This document shows positions 59,161 to 64,000 of a stretch of DNA of 64,000 nucleotides, piece after piece. The stretch lies in the NCBI RefSeq assembly GCF_009914755.1, contig NC_060929.1. The stretch is one strand, 5' to 3'. Numbering within the stretch: position 1 is the first letter of the stretch; each line of letters opens with the position of its first letter. The translations under genes and the position numbers were made by a program. The notes beneath the pieces were generated by a model. That model did no database searches. It saw only the letters and a program-made list of their open reading frames with translations, and was not told the DNA's origin. The DNA comes from the human T2T-CHM13v2.0 reference genome, Homo sapiens.

Positions 59161-59599
59161 AATATATTTTACAAATCTAGATTTAGGATTTAAATTTAAA
59201 CAGATAAAACCAGGCTTGGTATACATCTGAGAGCTCTTATCTGTTTGGATCAAGGGTATTAGAAAGCATGGGATGGTGAAACCACTTGAGAAAGAACAAG
59301 GTATAAGAGAATTCAATTGGGCCAGCATTTTTATTTTATAAAGTCAGTTGCTCCAGAGAATGAACTTTGTTAAACATAAGGTTACATTTGCAAATATTCT
59401 AGCTCAGAGGACGTTGTGTTCCACCAAAATGAGCAAAAGGTCAAAGTGATTGAGTTCTTTGTATCTGATCTTGTATTTCCGATTGTGACATAGATTTCTT
59501 TTACATACCTGATCTTATATTTCTGATTTTTTTCTCCTAAGGAGGACACGTGTCTTATACTTCCATAAGTCTGTCAATTGTTAAGGGCTCACTCTGTGC

Positions 59600-62170
<2,571 letters not shown>

Positions 62171-62856
62171 TGACATATCTAATACAGGTTGAAATTATTA
62201 TTCTCATTTTGTGGAGGAGGGAATAAGGCTTAGCGATGGTAGTAAGCTGGTAAAGCAGCTCTCTGGGAAAAAAAGTGCCCTTATTTGTAGCACTTGCCCC
62301 CACCTCTGGTGCATACTCCCACCAACACCACTTTCAAACCCGCAAAGGTCATACAACTTTTAGGCAAGTCTCTTGAATACTTAGCAATTGGTTCTCACGA
62401 GCTGGCTTCAGCTTCAATGCAGTACTGTTTAGAGAGTTTAAATAACTTTCCCACGGTCACTAAACCAGTAAATGTTTAATAAAAAGATCGAAAATAGAAT
62501 GCTATTTATTCTGTCAGAAATAAAAAAGCTATACTTTATCAAGAGAGGTTTTCTTTTTTTTTTCTTTTTGCTGAAAACATAATGCTAAGCAGAAATTTGC
62601 AACATATAGTATAAATGCCTTCAATGTCTTCACTTCAGGGAATTAGCTAATGAGTACCAAGGCAGAAGTGGAGAAGTTTTTAGTATCTTAAAATCTTTAG
62701 GTAGGATTTGGAGGGGTAGTCATTGCCAATATTATTACACACACATGGCATAAAAGGGATTTAAACAGCTTAAGATGATAAAAGTTGCAGATGGGACTTA
62801 AGGAGTGAGAAAGAATCCATCAATTAATAAATTTAAAATCAATGCTTCTTGACTTC

Positions 62857-63246
62857 TGCTATGGTTTGAGTTTTTCCAAAATACAGGTGTTACCAATTGA
62901 TGCTATTAAAAGGTGAGGGCTTAGAGATGTAATTAGGTCATAAGGGCTCCTCCCCTCATGTGTGGTATTGGGTGCCCATATAAAAAGGATTTGACAAAGG
63001 ACTTTTATTTTTTTCTGCTCTTGTGTCCCTTCTACCATGTGAGGGCACAGCATTCAACTCCCCCAGAGGATGCAGCATCAAAGTGCCAACTTGCAAGCAG
63101 TGAGAAGCTCTTAAAAGACAGCTGAACCTGCAGCTCCTTGATCTTGGACTTTCTGTCCTCCAGAACTGTGAGAAAATAAGTTTTTGTTTTTTATATATTA
63201 CTCAGTCTCAGATATTCTTTCATAGCAGCACAAACAGTCTTAGACA
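62857..63246. mobile_element. MaLR solo LTR (MLT1A/MST-like)
   Basis: tgctatggtttga start, ttgatcttggacttt...ccagaactgtgagaaaataa...tagcagcacaaac...agaca end, flanking cttc duplicates. Confidence 0.75.
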
Positions 63247-64000
63247 GCTTCTATGGAACTGAGTTTGTGCCTGAGGTAGTTATGTAGCCGGTCTCCTAGA
63301 AAAAATCCTGAAGACCCCAAGGAAAATGGAAACTGGACCTATTATCACTAATCCAAATAAACTTCTTATTTATTTATAAATAATCCTCTTATTTAGATTA
63401 GTGATAGTATTGGGTTTTTGACATTGTATGAGCAATCAAGAAACTGACAGTGTGCCTCCTATTTTTCTTTGGGTTTGTGAGGAAATTTGGTGCTAAGTCT
63501 AGTGAGTTGGACATGGCCATTCGATGGAGGCTCCCAAGAACAATGAAGTCAGGCATCTATTCTTTCTCTCACTGTGACTGTGATGACCTGGCCGAGGCAA
63601 ACACTTTCAGGTAGGTGCTCAGAAGAGACTTTAAAATGAGACGGCAGATTTTACTTTTAGAAATATGAACAAAGAACTGAATAAGATGCTAAAATAAGAG
63701 ATAAATTATGCAAATGCCTATAATAATGAACATTTCATAGGTCTTGACATTGAAAAATTGTAAGGTGAGAGTTGTAGGTAAGAGAACTCCAAAGAGAAAT
63801 GAATGGGTAATGAAAGATAGGACCTGGAAGGCCTAGATGTAGGTCTGCTCCACTCATTGAACACACCCAACAAGCTCCTAACATGCTCCAGGCACTATGC
63901 GGCGCTGCAGGAGACAAGGTATGGGCTGTGTCCTCTCAGGGAGTTATTCGCAAGAAGACATGATGAATTCTCTTTCTCTAGGTCAAATGACCAAATATGT

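Overview
Human (or very close primate) genomic DNA, recognised from translated exons as the CAMK4/STARD4 locus. The + strand carries the last four coding exons of CAMK4 (11602-11677, 16670-16796, 21079-21231, 22320-22760) and a probable ~10 kb 3'UTR ending near 33180. The - strand carries the complete STARD4 gene: a non-coding exon 1 in a CpG island at ~50.7-50.9 kb and five coding exons totalling 618 nt (205 aa), with its 3' end near 34330, convergent with CAMK4. The rest is intronic or intergenic DNA rich in repeats: a rearranged L1PB, a near full-length Hsmar2 mariner, about 16 Alus, L2/MIR, MER DNA transposons and MaLR/ERV LTRs. Most ORFs in the supplied track are repeat-derived or chance. 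I see no evidence for a wholly new biological system. The best leads are cryptic donors in CAMK4 exon 10 that would give an NMD-escaping kinase lacking its regulatory segment, a candidate poison exon in STARD4, and a composite L1 insertion carrying captured DNA inside one target-site duplication. Complementary Alus in the two convergent 3'UTRs and a 70-nt hairpin are further leads. Repeat family names and exon numbers are by eye and from memory, and repeat boundaries are approximate.
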